From assembly GCA_041690295.1 (NCBI GenBank), contig JAWLHR010000002.1, forward strand, positions 32,001-96,000: 64,000 nt of DNA, read 5' to 3'. The notes beneath the pieces were generated by a model, which was given only the letters and a program-made list of their open reading frames with translations, ran no database searches and was not told where the DNA came from. The translations under genes and the position numbers were made by a program. This DNA comes from Bdellovibrionales bacterium. Its GTDB lineage: Bacteria > Bdellovibrionota > Bdellovibrionia > Bdellovibrionales > UBA1609. The first letter of the stretch is position 1; every line of letters begins with the position of its first letter. Positions 45,636 through 56,022 of the stretch are shown here, piece by piece.

Positions 45636-47828
45636 TTAGGGATAAAAAATGCGCTCCCAACCCGGTCCTTTGACATAGGATCGGGGATGAATCAGGAATT
45701 CATCGCGAACACGACTTTGCCACGGCCGCAGGGCCGAGGAATGAACTGGTGGAGGAATGCGGCCAACAGCGAATTGGCGCCAAACGATCTGGCCGTTTAA
45801 ATTTTCGGCATTTACATTCCATCGGTTGATATCCTGAAAATCCCGATGAAGACGCAAGACCTCGACTTCCCGCCCGCCTTCATACCGGTGGACGTGAATC
45901 CCGCCGTTCTCCCAACGGTGAAATTCGGCGAAAGAGAGGTCCGCGGCCCAAGTCACACCAAACCAATCAGCCAATGCCGGTGTCATATGAAAGGCCGCCG
46001 TCCAAGCGCGCCTTAAATCCCCAGGATTCTCTCGATCGAACCATTGATAAATTGGAGTCACGATATCCCGATCCGAACGCGCTTCAAATCCCCACTGAAA
46101 ACGGGGCCAAGAATCGTCAGTGAAATCCCGGGGAACCTCGATCGCCGTTTCCCAATATTGTCTGACCTCCACCGGCCAAGAATCGTCGAATTCGCGCCAC
46201 TTCTCATCAAAGCGGTGAAGAAACAAAGGAAGGAAATCCGGATTCTCCCCATGACGAATCCGACGAGCGGCATCGGACGGCTCACATTCCGCCTCGGCTT
46301 TGTCCTTAAACCGGATGGGAAACAAAACGCTATTTACTTTGCCGGGCGTGGATGACATTTGCTCAAGGGTGGATTGACGCGAAATCAGATTCATCAAAGT
46401 TTGATTATCCACGCGGGGAAATAGCGTTCGATAGTCAAAACTCAACTCATGATCGGTGGAAGCGGCGATAAAAAAATCCTCGGTGCCGAAAGCAAAAAGC
46501 TTCGCCAACCCTGCGGCTTTTAAGGTCGAAATCAAATGGGGAAGCGGATCGGACGCTGAATCCGGTAAAGGGAAATCCAGCGCAATGATCCCATCGGCGG
46601 CCAGCCGCTTTCGAACCCAGGAATAAAACTCCTTGGTGTAAAGCAGGCTGAGCTCGTAAGTCGCCGGGAAAGGGAAATCGATCAGGATCAATTCATAGTT
46701 CGGCCCTTCTTCGCGCACGAACTGAGCGGCATCGCCGATATGCACATGAACCCGGGCATCGCTTAATGAACCACCATTCAGCTTTCGCAACTCAAATTGG
46801 TTGCGGCCAAGTTCGATCATTCGGGGATCGATCTCCACGAGATCAATGCGTCGGATGTCGTTGTGACGAAGAAGGACCCGCGCGAGAAGTCCATCGCCGC
46901 CCCCTAAAATCAAAACCCGCTCCGGCGTTTTTCGTAAAAGATTGATCGCGCCTTCCGCCAGGCTTTCGTGATAACGAAGCCATTGACCGGAGCTGAGCTG
47001 GAGTTTGCGATCTAAATAAAGCTGAAAATCCTGGCGGCCCTGAACTAGTGAGCTGAACTCGGGCGGTAAAATGTCTATCCATTGATAAGCGCTTCGCACG
47101 CGCAACGGCAAATCCAGCTTGCGCAGTAAATTCACTGCGCCCGTGAAATCCGCGGAGCTGGAAATTTTCGCCGGAAAATAAATCATTCGCAGGTGAACTT
47201 GGTTAAGTATCGGACCGACCAAAAAGACTCCAAGCAACGCGAGAGAAAAAAAAGCATGCAGAGTCACCACGAAACGCGTGCGATCGAAAATCAAAAGCCA
47301 ACAGGAAACGATAAAATTAATTAATCCCAAAGCCAATGCGGTGTTCGTCACATCCATGGCGGGCACCACAACCGCCGGAATCAGTACGGTGGCGGCGAAG
47401 GCCCCCAAATAATTGGCGCAAAAGAGGTGACCGGGACGATGACGGTGAGCCAAGCGAAGAAGAAGCGGCAGTTCAAAGCCGGTCAAAGCTCCGATCATCA
47501 AGATGACCGATCCAGCCAGAATGTACAAAAGGGGCGTCCAACCCACGAAGGACGCGGTCGCTTCGAACAAGCCGATGGCAAAAACAGAAAGAGCGCCGAT
47601 AAGACTTAAGATCCATTCGATGAAAATCAAGTTCGTCCAAGTGGAACGAACGCGGTCACTCCAAAGACCGCCCAAACCCATGCCGGTTAGAAAAATTCCC
47701 AGCGTGAGCGCCTGACTGAAAACGAAATCACCCGTGGAGTCGCTTAAAGTCAGCGCCAGGATTTGTTGGTATCCCAAGCTGCAAAAGCTCAGAAGAAAGG
47801 CTAAAGCGTAAGGCGATAACTGAGCCAT
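45636..47828 (-). CDS. Membrane-bound spermidine synthase-like (polyamine aminopropyltransferase fold) protein with extra C-terminal domain
   Basis: ~7-TM N-terminus (GFELPLL motif), SAYQWI, YHESL, VLILGGGDG, LVEIDP, GDA, LYTKEFY; ~200-aa Trp-rich tail. Confidence 0.8.
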   Translation of the reverse strand: MAQLSPYALAFLLSFCSLGYQQILALTLSDSTGDFVFSQALTLGIFLTGMGLGGLWSDRVRSTWTNLIFIEWILSLIGALSVFAIGLFEATASFVGWTPLLYILAGSVILMIGALTGFELPLLLRLAHRHRPGHLFCANYLGAFAATVLIPAVVVPAMDVTNTALALGLINFIVSCWLLIFDRTRFVVTLHAFFSLALLGVFLVGPILNQVHLRMIYFPAKISSSADFTGAVNLLRKLDLPLRVRSAYQWIDILPPEFSSLVQGRQDFQLYLDRKLQLSSGQWLRYHESLAEGAINLLRKTPERVLILGGGDGLLARVLLRHNDIRRIDLVEIDPRMIELGRNQFELRKLNGGSLSDARVHVHIGDAAQFVREEGPNYELILIDFPFPATYELSLLYTKEFYSWVRKRLAADGIIALDFPLPDSASDPLPHLISTLKAAGLAKLFAFGTEDFFIAASTDHELSFDYRTLFPRVDNQTLMNLISRQSTLEQMSSTPGKVNSVLFPIRFKDKAEAECEPSDAARRIRHGENPDFLPLFLHRFDEKWREFDDSWPVEVRQYWETAIEVPRDFTDDSWPRFQWGFEARSDRDIVTPIYQWFDRENPGDLRRAWTAAFHMTPALADWFGVTWAADLSFAEFHRWENGGIHVHRYEGGREVEVLRLHRDFQDINRWNVNAENLNGQIVWRQFAVGRIPPPVHSSALRPWQSRVRDEFLIHPRSYVKGPGWERIFYP

Positions 47829-48415
47829 TCACGCAAACCTGGTTCTAAGAAAATTCCAGTCATCAAGAGCAAAGGGAGTAAATAATGGGCCGGACCCGCG
47901 CGTCCAAGACTCAGCCGAACAAGCGAATTTAAAAATGCGGTGGAAAAAAGTGTGGTTAACACTCCGAAATAGGGGAGGAGCAGGAGCGGAAAAAGAAAGC
48001 ACGCCATCAACATTCCCGCGTAATCGGCGGAGAGGATCATGGCCGCGCTGGCCCGCGATTTCAATTTCATTAAAAAAGGCAACTCCATTCCGGTCAAAAT
48101 TCCGATCGTGATCATCGCGGAATAAGCGAGAAGCCGCGCCATGAGCATTTGATTGAAGGCGGCGGCCAGCCACACCCCGATCACCGCGAGCGGAGCCATC
48201 ACGCTGATCCAAACCTGGCAGCGGCCGAGAATCACGCGCGGGGATTGAAAACGCTCGGATAAATGGGCGCCCAACCCCATGAAACAAAGAAAAAGCCCGA
48301 TCGTGAGCCCGTACTGGACAACCGAATTGCCGAAGAGAACCGATAAGGTTTGTGCGAAAACAAACTCATAAATGACGCCGCAAAAACCGAGAATCGCGGA
48401 AAGAGCTATTGGCAT
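47801..48415 (-). CDS. Membrane protein homologous to the N-terminal TM domain of the adjacent SpeE-like protein (204 aa)
   Basis: Start moved to ATG 48415. FCGVIYE vs FCSLGYQ, IGLFL.FMGLG vs LGIFL.GMGLG, GILTGMELP vs GALTGFELP, DYAG vs NYLG. Confidence 0.8.
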   Translation of the reverse strand: MPIALSAILGFCGVIYEFVFAQTLSVLFGNSVVQYGLTIGLFLCFMGLGAHLSERFQSPRVILGRCQVWISVMAPLAVIGVWLAAAFNQMLMARLLAYSAMITIGILTGMELPFLMKLKSRASAAMILSADYAGMLMACFLFPLLLLPYFGVLTTLFSTAFLNSLVRLSLGRAGPAHYLLPLLLMTGIFLEPGLREWLSYRLTL

Positions 48416-49254
48416 AACTGGCAAAGGTAGGTGTTCTTCAATTCCGGAGTGAATCGACTGTGGCCTTGTTGGGACAAATCGGAAAGAAAGGAATCGCCGA
48501 AAATTTTTCCGCACTGTTTTTTGTCGGTGACCGAACCGGCGATTCGGCAATTGGCGACCGGCGTGACCTTTGTGGCTTGGCGGCGAACGGTTCGTAAGGA
48601 CATCCGGCAACTCATGTGATACGGATCGGTGCCCGGAACGAAATACCCGCCAAGATCGTTACAGAGTGAAGCGGCCGACTGTCGGCCGAAACAAGCGGTG
48701 ATTTCCTTCGTGTCCTCGACCACCCAGACATAAAACGGAATGCCGGAGCTTTGCCGGCCTTCTTCATCAAAGCGCACATCGCCGGAGGTATCCAGCGCTT
48801 CTCCGTTCGGTTTGGCGAAGCCCAGGTGCAAATGGGCGGGATACCGTTCAAGCTGCACCAAGACGCCGTGGGAATCGATGATTTCGGTGCGCATGTCGTG
48901 GACCGCGGTGGTTTCGAGTTTTAAGGCGGAGAGATAGAGTGATTGTGTGACAGGCAACCCGGCGCTGAGAAATTTATTTTCCACGCCATCGTCGTAGACA
49001 TACTTCAAGGCCACATCGGCGGCTTGTCCCGGAGTGATGATTTCACCGCTTAAGGCGGCGGTGCAGGTTTCAGGAATCTCAAGCCGCGTGGCGATGGTGT
49101 GACTGACGAGTTCGGATTCGGAAACCAGCGCGGAATCGCGGCTGCGTTTCAAGTTCAGCTGCGAGCGATTCCAGAGTTCCACCGTGACCGCGGCCATTAC
49201 GGCTAAAAGTCCGAGAGCCAGAATTTTGGTGTTTCCACGTTGTGAAAAAATCAT
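48406..49254 (-). CDS. Pilin/pseudopilin-like protein with Cys-rich C-terminus
   Basis: ATG 49254 overlaps the upstream stop (ATGA); SQRG|NTKILALGLLAVMAAV prepilin-like N-terminus; CTAAL motif shared with the neighbour. Confidence 0.55.
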   Translation of the reverse strand: MIFSQRGNTKILALGLLAVMAAVTVELWNRSQLNLKRSRDSALVSESELVSHTIATRLEIPETCTAALSGEIITPGQAADVALKYVYDDGVENKFLSAGLPVTQSLYLSALKLETTAVHDMRTEIIDSHGVLVQLERYPAHLHLGFAKPNGEALDTSGDVRFDEEGRQSSGIPFYVWVVEDTKEITACFGRQSAASLCNDLGGYFVPGTDPYHMSCRMSLRTVRRQATKVTPVANCRIAGSVTDKKQCGKIFGDSFLSDLSQQGHSRFTPELKNTYLCQLCQ

Positions 49255-50102
49255 GTCCCTGGACACCGAAAACATTGCACTACAGCATCATACGTGAGGC
49301 GATCACAACCTTTCACGCAAACGGTATTGATGTTCACCGCGCCCGCCGACACCGGTGTGTATCCGGCGGGACATGAGCAATCTCCCGTCGCGGGATTGAT
49401 ATCGCCGGGCCCGCAGGTTCCCAAACGGCGCGCGGTGTAGGCTCCACCATAAAGACAGGCGTTGGTCATCACACACTGAGGCGGCACGCTTCCCACATCC
49501 CAGCGATATCCCATCGCTTGGCAGGCATCGCCGATATTGATTTCGTTGTTACACATTTCGATCGCTTTGCTTTTCGTGTTGTAGAGCACCGGAACTTCCA
49601 GGAATCTGGGCCTGAACCGTGAGTCATCCGACGTGTTCTTCACCACCAGTTTGATCTTGGCGAGATGACGCCGAACCGTTTGCTCGCTCACTCGGCCCGA
49701 GGAATCCGCCACACCAATTTTAAATTCGATCGGTTCCGGAGTCTGATCCTCAATGGTGAGCTCGTCGATCTCCATCGAGTCGCCAGCGAATTTGAAGCCT
49801 TTTTTAATGGCCACATTCACTTGACCGGCATAGCTGGTGTTGATCTCCAAATCGCCCTTACCGCCGATGGGAAAGGGCAATCCATGAAACGCGGCCGTGC
49901 ACGTGGAATCGGATGAAATCACACTCTTCAAATAAGAGGTGAACTCACTCAGCGCATCCCGGTCCGTGACTTGGCGCTGTCCGCGAATAACACCACTGAT
50001 GATTGTCGTGACCATCACGGCGATCAAGCCGCCGATCGCGATGGCGATGAGTGTTCCCGTGAAACTGAAGCCGGAATCGGAAAAAGATCTTCTTTGAATC
50101 AC
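49251..50102 (-). CDS. Type IV pilin/pseudopilin-like protein with Cys-rich C-terminus
   Basis: DSG|FSFTGTLIAIAIGGLIAVMV class III signal-like (no Glu5); CTAAF; NPATGDCSCPAGY and ~11 C-terminal Cys. Confidence 0.65.
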   Translation of the reverse strand: MIQRRSFSDSGFSFTGTLIAIAIGGLIAVMVTTIISGVIRGQRQVTDRDALSEFTSYLKSVISSDSTCTAAFHGLPFPIGGKGDLEINTSYAGQVNVAIKKGFKFAGDSMEIDELTIEDQTPEPIEFKIGVADSSGRVSEQTVRRHLAKIKLVVKNTSDDSRFRPRFLEVPVLYNTKSKAIEMCNNEINIGDACQAMGYRWDVGSVPPQCVMTNACLYGGAYTARRLGTCGPGDINPATGDCSCPAGYTPVSAGAVNINTVCVKGCDRLTYDAVVQCFRCPGT

Positions 50103-50140
50103 TCCACTAGGATATTCTTATCAAGGAGATCAAGTACAGT

Positions 50141-50851
50141 ATGAATTCGTTAAACAAACATGTACCGACAATCGTATTTATCATCGGCTTATCCCTGTTG
50201 ATCTTCTCGATCCGCACCTTTTTTAATCCTTCAACATTGCCGCACATGACGCCAATCGTAAATCGCTCTCTCCCGGAGAATGCGCCGGCGACGGCACCGA
50301 CCACTCCAGAGGCCTTGAAGCCGAAGAAGCCGGCCGCGATTGTTTTTCGTCCAAATGTGAAACCTCCGCCGTCAGTGGGGCGTCTGGATCCGCGCGAAGA
50401 GTTGATCCGAGCGATGAAAAAGGTCGCGGAAGATTATTTCGGTCAATTCAAGCTACGCGTTAATATTCCCGATGGCTTCGCCTTCGCCGAGGAAAGTGAT
50501 GGACCGGTGAAGGTGTTGATTGGTGCCAGCGAGCCGGGGAAAAATGATTTTTATTTCTTTTCCGCCAAGGGAAAATATCTTCCGGATCGGGCGGTGGGTT
50601 ATTTGCGCGAGTACTTTTCCGATCAAGCTTCGGTTTCAATTAAAGGAAAGCCGCAACCCTTCTACAGCCGAAACGAATTCAAGGACCTGCGGCGGATTAA
50701 CGGCGTGATCGGCAAGGGCACGGAATTCCAAGCGTACTATTTCACCAATGCCAAAACCAATCACACTCACATGCTGGTCTTAACCAATCGGTTGTACCTC
50801 AGATCACAAGCGAGGGTGAGGGCGTTGATCGATTCGATCAGCCGGCGCTAG
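50141..50851 (+). CDS. Hypothetical membrane-anchored protein
   Basis: N-terminal TM helix, Pro-rich linker, globular C-terminal domain; AAGGAG upstream. Confidence 0.65.
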   Translation: MNSLNKHVPTIVFIIGLSLLIFSIRTFFNPSTLPHMTPIVNRSLPENAPATAPTTPEALKPKKPAAIVFRPNVKPPPSVGRLDPREELIRAMKKVAEDYFGQFKLRVNIPDGFAFAEESDGPVKVLIGASEPGKNDFYFFSAKGKYLPDRAVGYLREYFSDQASVSIKGKPQPFYSRNEFKDLRRINGVIGKGTEFQAYYFTNAKTNHTHMLVLTNRLYLRSQARVRALIDSISRR

Positions 50852-50853
50852 GG

Positions 50854-51300
50854 TTAGTGGGTCTGTTCTTTTTGTTTCAGGATCTCCGCCAGTTCCCGGA
50901 GTTCTTTCATAATGGCGCCGAGTTCGTCATTTTTCCTTAAGCTTCGCTGAATGTCGTAATTGCCTTTTTTTAATTCCTGAATGTAGGAGCAAATCGCCAA
51001 AACCGGACCGCCCACGCGCTGCCCAAGCACGATCATGTAAAACACCGTTGAAACCATGAAGGCGGTAAAACAAAGAAAAAATAAAACTCCCACTGTGAGC
51101 AGACGGTCTTGAATGCCGTTCACCATTTCCAGATCCGGCAAGGTGGCCACGACGGCCTGAACTTCGTTAAGCAGTCGGGAAACATACACCATGACGATTC
51201 CTAAAAAGGCGACGCCGCCGGCGAACATGTGAAGATAATAACTTTTGCTGAGACCCGAGACTTTCAGATAATTCGAAAACTTGCGTTGATCCTTCGCCAT
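50854..51300 (-). CDS. Small two-TM protein with C-terminal HAMP-like domain
   Basis: Two hydrophobic helices, then GPV.AI...IQEL.KGNY....LR.NDELG.I...L. Confidence 0.65.
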   Translation of the reverse strand: MAKDQRKFSNYLKVSGLSKSYYLHMFAGGVAFLGIVMVYVSRLLNEVQAVVATLPDLEMVNGIQDRLLTVGVLFFLCFTAFMVSTVFYMIVLGQRVGGPVLAICSYIQELKKGNYDIQRSLRKNDELGAIMKELRELAEILKQKEQTH

Positions 51301-51421
51301 AACGCCACCCCAGTTCTTGCTTCATTGTGGTCGATCACGCCCGCGAAGACAACCGGAGTGAAATTCTTAAGCCAATCGATACAGAGCACGCTCATCGCGC
51401 GCGAAGATGTTACATAATATT

Positions 51422-53116
51422 TCAGGTCGATTCCGCGATCAGCTGCCGCGCGTGTTCCAAGCTGGCCGGTGAAATTTTCTCGCCGGAAATCAGGCGCGCG
51501 ATTTCCCGGACTCGATCTTCGCGGGACAGTTCATGGACGGTCATTTTGACGTTTCCACGCTGAGTGGATTTTTCGATCAGGAAATGTTGATCGGCGAAAC
51601 TGGCCACCTGCGGAAGATGGGTGATGCAGATGAGTTGTTGGCCTTTGGCGATGGCTTTTAACTTTTTGCCGACTTTTTCCGCGGTGGGGCCGCTCACGCC
51701 TGTATCAACTTCGTCGAAAAGATAAGTGCGCGGCCGGTCAGAAGCGCCCACCACACGTTTCAACGCCAAGAGAATCCGGCTCAATTCACCGCCGCTGGCG
51801 ATTTTGGCCAGTGGTTTGGGGTGATCTTTCTTTGAAGTTTGCAAGAGAAATTCAACGTCACTGCGGCCGCTGGGACCAAGGGATTCTTCGCGGTCCACAC
51901 GGACGGAGAAAATAACTCCCTTCATGTTGAGATCACTTAACTCGTCATTAACCCCGGACGTCAGAAGCTCAGCGCCGGATTTGCGCCGTTCATGCAGGTC
52001 ATTGGCGATTTTCATTAAATCGGACTCAAGTTGCGCGCTCTCCTCTTGAAGGGCCCGCAGGTTTTCTTCGGATCGCTCGAGGGAATCGATTTCTTCTTCA
52101 ATGCGGCGTTTGGTGGCGAGAATTTCTTCGACAGTCGTGCCGTATTTTTTCTGAAGCTTTCGGAACTGGCTCAACCGTTCTTCCATTTGATTGAGCGATT
52201 CAGGGTCGATCTCCAGGCCGCGACCGTATTGGCGCAACTCAAAAGTGCCTTCTTCCAAAAGGGCTTTGGCATCGCGAAGACTTTGCAGCCGATTCGGGAG
52301 CGAGGGATCAATCGCCGCCAGCTCAGAGCCGCGCTGAAGGACCTGATGTAAAATAACCAGCGCCGCCGCGTCGCTGGCGTAAAGCGAGTTCACACTTTGC
52401 TCAACGAACTCGGCCAAGCGAGCCGAGTGCCGAGCCCGCGTGACCATGGATTCCAGATCGGTCTCCTCGCCGGGCTGTAAGCCAAGGCCCGCGATTTCGT
52501 CCCGTTGAAAGGTCAAGAAATCCAGGCGCTGTTCCCGTGTGCGATCGGCCTCTTCGCGGTCTTTTATCTCTTTTTGTATTTCCAGATAGCGGGAAAATTT
52601 CTTTTCAAACTCGTGGCGCGTGGGCCAGGTGCCCGAGTAATGATCGAGCAAATCCAGATGATACGCTTTGGATTGAAGGTGGCGGTTGTCATGTTGGCCG
52701 GTCATTTCGATCAACGGAGTTTGCCGCCCGGTTAACGTGATCAGCGGCGCCACAATCGCCCGCAAAGAAGACAGCGGACTCAAAGCTCCGTTCAGATAAA
52801 CTTTGCCTTTCCCTTGCTGGGAGATAATCCGCCGAACGACCAGGGATTCGTCGCTGGTTTCCAGTCCCAGCTCATCCATGGATTCAATAACATCCGGGCG
52901 TTGGCTCAAATCAAAAAATCCCTCGATCACGGCCTGATCAACACCGCTTCGGACCACGTCGGCCTCGGCTTTTTCACCCATTAAGAGGCTTAGGGTTTTA
53001 AGTAAAATGGATTTACCGGCGCCGGTCTCTCCACTCAAAATATTGAGACCGGGTTTGAATGAGAGGGTTAAATTTTCGATGATCGCGAAGTTTTTGACTT
53101 TAAGCTCTATGAGCAT
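51422..53116 (-). CDS. recN: DNA repair protein RecN
   Basis: NFAII, SGETGAGKS, ASGGELSR, FDEVDTG, ITHLPQVA. Confidence 0.97.
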   Translation of the reverse strand: MLIELKVKNFAIIENLTLSFKPGLNILSGETGAGKSILLKTLSLLMGEKAEADVVRSGVDQAVIEGFFDLSQRPDVIESMDELGLETSDESLVVRRIISQQGKGKVYLNGALSPLSSLRAIVAPLITLTGRQTPLIEMTGQHDNRHLQSKAYHLDLLDHYSGTWPTRHEFEKKFSRYLEIQKEIKDREEADRTREQRLDFLTFQRDEIAGLGLQPGEETDLESMVTRARHSARLAEFVEQSVNSLYASDAAALVILHQVLQRGSELAAIDPSLPNRLQSLRDAKALLEEGTFELRQYGRGLEIDPESLNQMEERLSQFRKLQKKYGTTVEEILATKRRIEEEIDSLERSEENLRALQEESAQLESDLMKIANDLHERRKSGAELLTSGVNDELSDLNMKGVIFSVRVDREESLGPSGRSDVEFLLQTSKKDHPKPLAKIASGGELSRILLALKRVVGASDRPRTYLFDEVDTGVSGPTAEKVGKKLKAIAKGQQLICITHLPQVASFADQHFLIEKSTQRGNVKMTVHELSREDRVREIARLISGEKISPASLEHARQLIAEST

Positions 53117-53986
53117 TCAAGCCCTTTCCCCGAACTTCAACTTTTCTTTCAGCAGATCAAAATAATTGCTTCCCGGTCGCCGTAAAAAGGCATGGTCCGA
53201 GGCGTCACGAACCACACTGATTTCATCATCCGCCGACAGAGTCGCCACCTTCACACCATCGACCGTCACTTCCGCTTGCCCTTCGGTGGTTAATTGAATG
53301 CGCCGGTCTTCCGGGCAAATGAACGGGCGGCTGGTCAAACTGTGCGGGCAAATGGGCGTGACCACGAGCGCGTTCACTTCTGGATGCAGAATCGGTCCGC
53401 CGGCGGCGAGGTTGTACGCGCTGGAACCTGTCGGTGTGGCCACGATCAAACCATCCGCCTTCAGCGAAGTGATCGGTTGATCTTCAACCGCCATATGAAT
53501 GGAAATCAAGCGGCTCAGTGAACCCCGCTCGAGCACCAGATCGTTCAGCGCCGTCAGGGATTTTTTCACTTTGCCCTTGGAGCGAAGTTCGATGCGGATC
53601 ATGGATCGGCGCTTGATCTCAAGCTTTCCGGTCAAGGCCATTTCCAGCATCGTGTAAACATCCTTCGACCTGTTAACGGTTAAAAAACCGAGCCCGCCGA
53701 GATTGAAACCAAGAAGAGGCACGCGCTCACCCTTCAGCATACGAACCGCTTCGAGGTAGGTTCCATCTCCCCCCAAGACCACGACGAGATCCAAATTCTT
53801 GGCGGCGGAGACCTTCTTTGCGCCTTTCAAACTTTGCTCAGGGTGGGAGTAAACTTCGATCTTGCGCTTTTTCAGCCAGTCCGCCACCTGTGAAGCCAGT
53901 CTTGCCGCATCCTTCGTGCCGAAGCGATGGACGATCGCGACTCGTTTTACCTTTTCTTTGAAGAGTTCAATTCTTCTAACCGCCAT
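53117..53986 (-). CDS. nadK: NAD kinase
   Basis: LGGDGT, GLGFL, ALND, ADGLIVATPTGSSAY, PICPHSL; canonical nadK-recN order. Confidence 0.96.
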   Translation of the reverse strand: MAVRRIELFKEKVKRVAIVHRFGTKDAARLASQVADWLKKRKIEVYSHPEQSLKGAKKVSAAKNLDLVVVLGGDGTYLEAVRMLKGERVPLLGFNLGGLGFLTVNRSKDVYTMLEMALTGKLEIKRRSMIRIELRSKGKVKKSLTALNDLVLERGSLSRLISIHMAVEDQPITSLKADGLIVATPTGSSAYNLAAGGPILHPEVNALVVTPICPHSLTSRPFICPEDRRIQLTTEGQAEVTVDGVKVATLSADDEISVVRDASDHAFLRRPGSNYFDLLKEKLKFGERA

Positions 53987-53997
53987 CGTCTCAATCC

Positions 53998-56022
53998 TTA
54001 AGAGATCAATCCGTCGCGCCGGAGCAAAGCTTCAGGGTCCGGCTTGCGTCCGCGGAACTTCTCATAAAGCCGCATCGGGTGATCACTTCCCCCTTTTGAC
54101 AAAATACATTCTTCGAATCGCCGGGCCGTTTCGCGATCAAAAATTCCCTTTTCTTTGAAATATTCGAACGCATCCGCATCCAGCGCTTCCGCCCACTTGT
54201 AGCTGTAGTAACCGGAGGAGTAACCACCGCCGAAAATGTGTTGGAACGCTGTGGATGTGCAGGTTTCCGGGATATCCGGAAGGACGCTTATATCACCTAA
54301 CACCTTGGCTTCGAACGCGGTGATGTTATTGTCCGCCGGCGGGTTCATGAACCAGTTCATGTCGAGCATGGCGAAGCGAAGTTGACGAAGCGCCAGGTAA
54401 CCCGCCTGGAATCTTTGCGAGGCTTTCAAGCGTTGCAAAAGGTCACGGGGCAAAACTTCACCCGTTTGGTAATGAACCGCGAAGGTCTTCAACAGTTCTT
54501 CTTCCTCGGCCCAATTTTCCATGATTTGCGAGGGCAGCTCCACGAAGTCCAAATACACATTGGTTCCGGCGAGCGAGCGGTATTTCACGTTCGACAAGAG
54601 ACTGTGAAGGGCATGGCCGAATTCGTGGAAAATGGTTTTGACCTCATCAAAGGTCAAAAGCGAAGGACGCTCCGATGTCGGCTTCGTGAAATTACACACG
54701 ATACTGACGTGGGGGCGGATGCGCTCGCCACGGAAAGTCCCCTGCTCGAAAAAGTTGGTCATCCAGGCGCCGCTGGACTTGGTCGCGCGAGGGAAGAAGT
54801 CGGCGTAAAACAGTCCCATGAACTCGCCGGTTTTTTCGCGCGTGACCTCATAGACCTGGACATCCGGATGATAAACGGGAAGATCTTTGTTCAACGTGAA
54901 CTTCAGATTGAACAACCGGTTGGCCAGATGGAAAACACCGCTCAGAACGTTTTCCAGTTTGAAGTACGGCCGCAATGACTCCTCGTCAAAAGCGTACTTC
55001 TTCTCTTTGAGCTTCTCCGAGTAAAATAAGAAATCATATTGTTGAAGGGGATTGGGCCCACCCATCTCGTCGGCCAATTGCTGAACTTCTCGCACATCTT
55101 TTTCAGCGGCCGGTTTCACCACGGTCAACATCTTGTGGAGGAATTCCATGACCGTTTGCGGAGTCTCCGCCATGCGGGTCTGCAACGCCCATTCGGCGAA
55201 ATTCTTCGACCCCAGAAGATTGGCTTTCTCGGTCATGAGCGCGATGATTTCTTCAATCACCGGCCGGTTATCATATTTTCCGCCGAGGCCGTTTTTGAAG
55301 TAAGCCCGATAAAGTTTCTCGCGCAACTCCCGCTTTTCACTGAAGCGCATGAAGGGCTGATAAGAAGGATATTGCAAAGTGAAAAGCCATTTATCCGGAT
55401 GACCTTTTTCCTTGGCGGCCTCTTTGGCGGCGTCACGCGCGGTTTTCGGAAGGCCCGCGAGATCCGATTCTTGGTCGATCCAGAGTTCAAAATCGTTCAC
55501 GTACTTGAGCACGTTCTCGCGGAATTTGGGTTGCAGCTGGGAGAGGCGCTCATCGATGGCGCGCAATCGGTTTTTCGCCTCGGGATCGAGGTTCGCGCCG
55601 CTGCGACTGAAGTCGAGATAAAGTTTTTCAACCAGATATCGCCCTTCCGGATCGGAGGCGAGTTGATCGCGCTTGTCATAAACTTCCTTCACGCGCGCGA
55701 AGATGTCCGGGTCGAGCAGGATATCATTGGTGAACGCGGCCGCCTTCGGTCCCATTTCCATGGAGAGCTTTTGCAGTTCATCATTGCCATGGGCGAGCAG
55801 AAGGTTATTGAAGACGAGATTCACGAACTCGACGTCCTCGGTGCTTCGCTCGAGGCCGAGAATCGTGTTTTCAAAACTTGCCGGTTTGGATTTGATCTCT
55901 TCGAGAATCCGGCGACCCTTGTTGATCGCTTCATCCATCGCGGGCAAGAAGTGATCCGGTCGGATTTGATCAAAGGGAACAGCATTATATTTTAACGTGG
56001 ATTTTTCGATGATTGGGTTCAT
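53998..56022 (-). CDS. M3 family metallopeptidase (Dcp / oligopeptidase A type)
   Basis: FHEFGHALH, DFVELPSQIMENW, HIFGGGYSSGYYSYKWAE, FRGRKP; probable start ATG 56022. Confidence 0.93.
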   Translation of the reverse strand: MNPIIEKSTLKYNAVPFDQIRPDHFLPAMDEAINKGRRILEEIKSKPASFENTILGLERSTEDVEFVNLVFNNLLLAHGNDELQKLSMEMGPKAAAFTNDILLDPDIFARVKEVYDKRDQLASDPEGRYLVEKLYLDFSRSGANLDPEAKNRLRAIDERLSQLQPKFRENVLKYVNDFELWIDQESDLAGLPKTARDAAKEAAKEKGHPDKWLFTLQYPSYQPFMRFSEKRELREKLYRAYFKNGLGGKYDNRPVIEEIIALMTEKANLLGSKNFAEWALQTRMAETPQTVMEFLHKMLTVVKPAAEKDVREVQQLADEMGGPNPLQQYDFLFYSEKLKEKKYAFDEESLRPYFKLENVLSGVFHLANRLFNLKFTLNKDLPVYHPDVQVYEVTREKTGEFMGLFYADFFPRATKSSGAWMTNFFEQGTFRGERIRPHVSIVCNFTKPTSERPSLLTFDEVKTIFHEFGHALHSLLSNVKYRSLAGTNVYLDFVELPSQIMENWAEEEELLKTFAVHYQTGEVLPRDLLQRLKASQRFQAGYLALRQLRFAMLDMNWFMNPPADNNITAFEAKVLGDISVLPDIPETCTSTAFQHIFGGGYSSGYYSYKWAEALDADAFEYFKEKGIFDRETARRFEECILSKGGSDHPMRLYEKFRGRKPDPEALLRRDGLIS

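Noticed and set aside
48416..48610. N-terminal extension of the 269-aa ORF
   Set aside because: Overlaps the pilin-like gene; homology to the SpeE TM domain begins at Met66 (48415).
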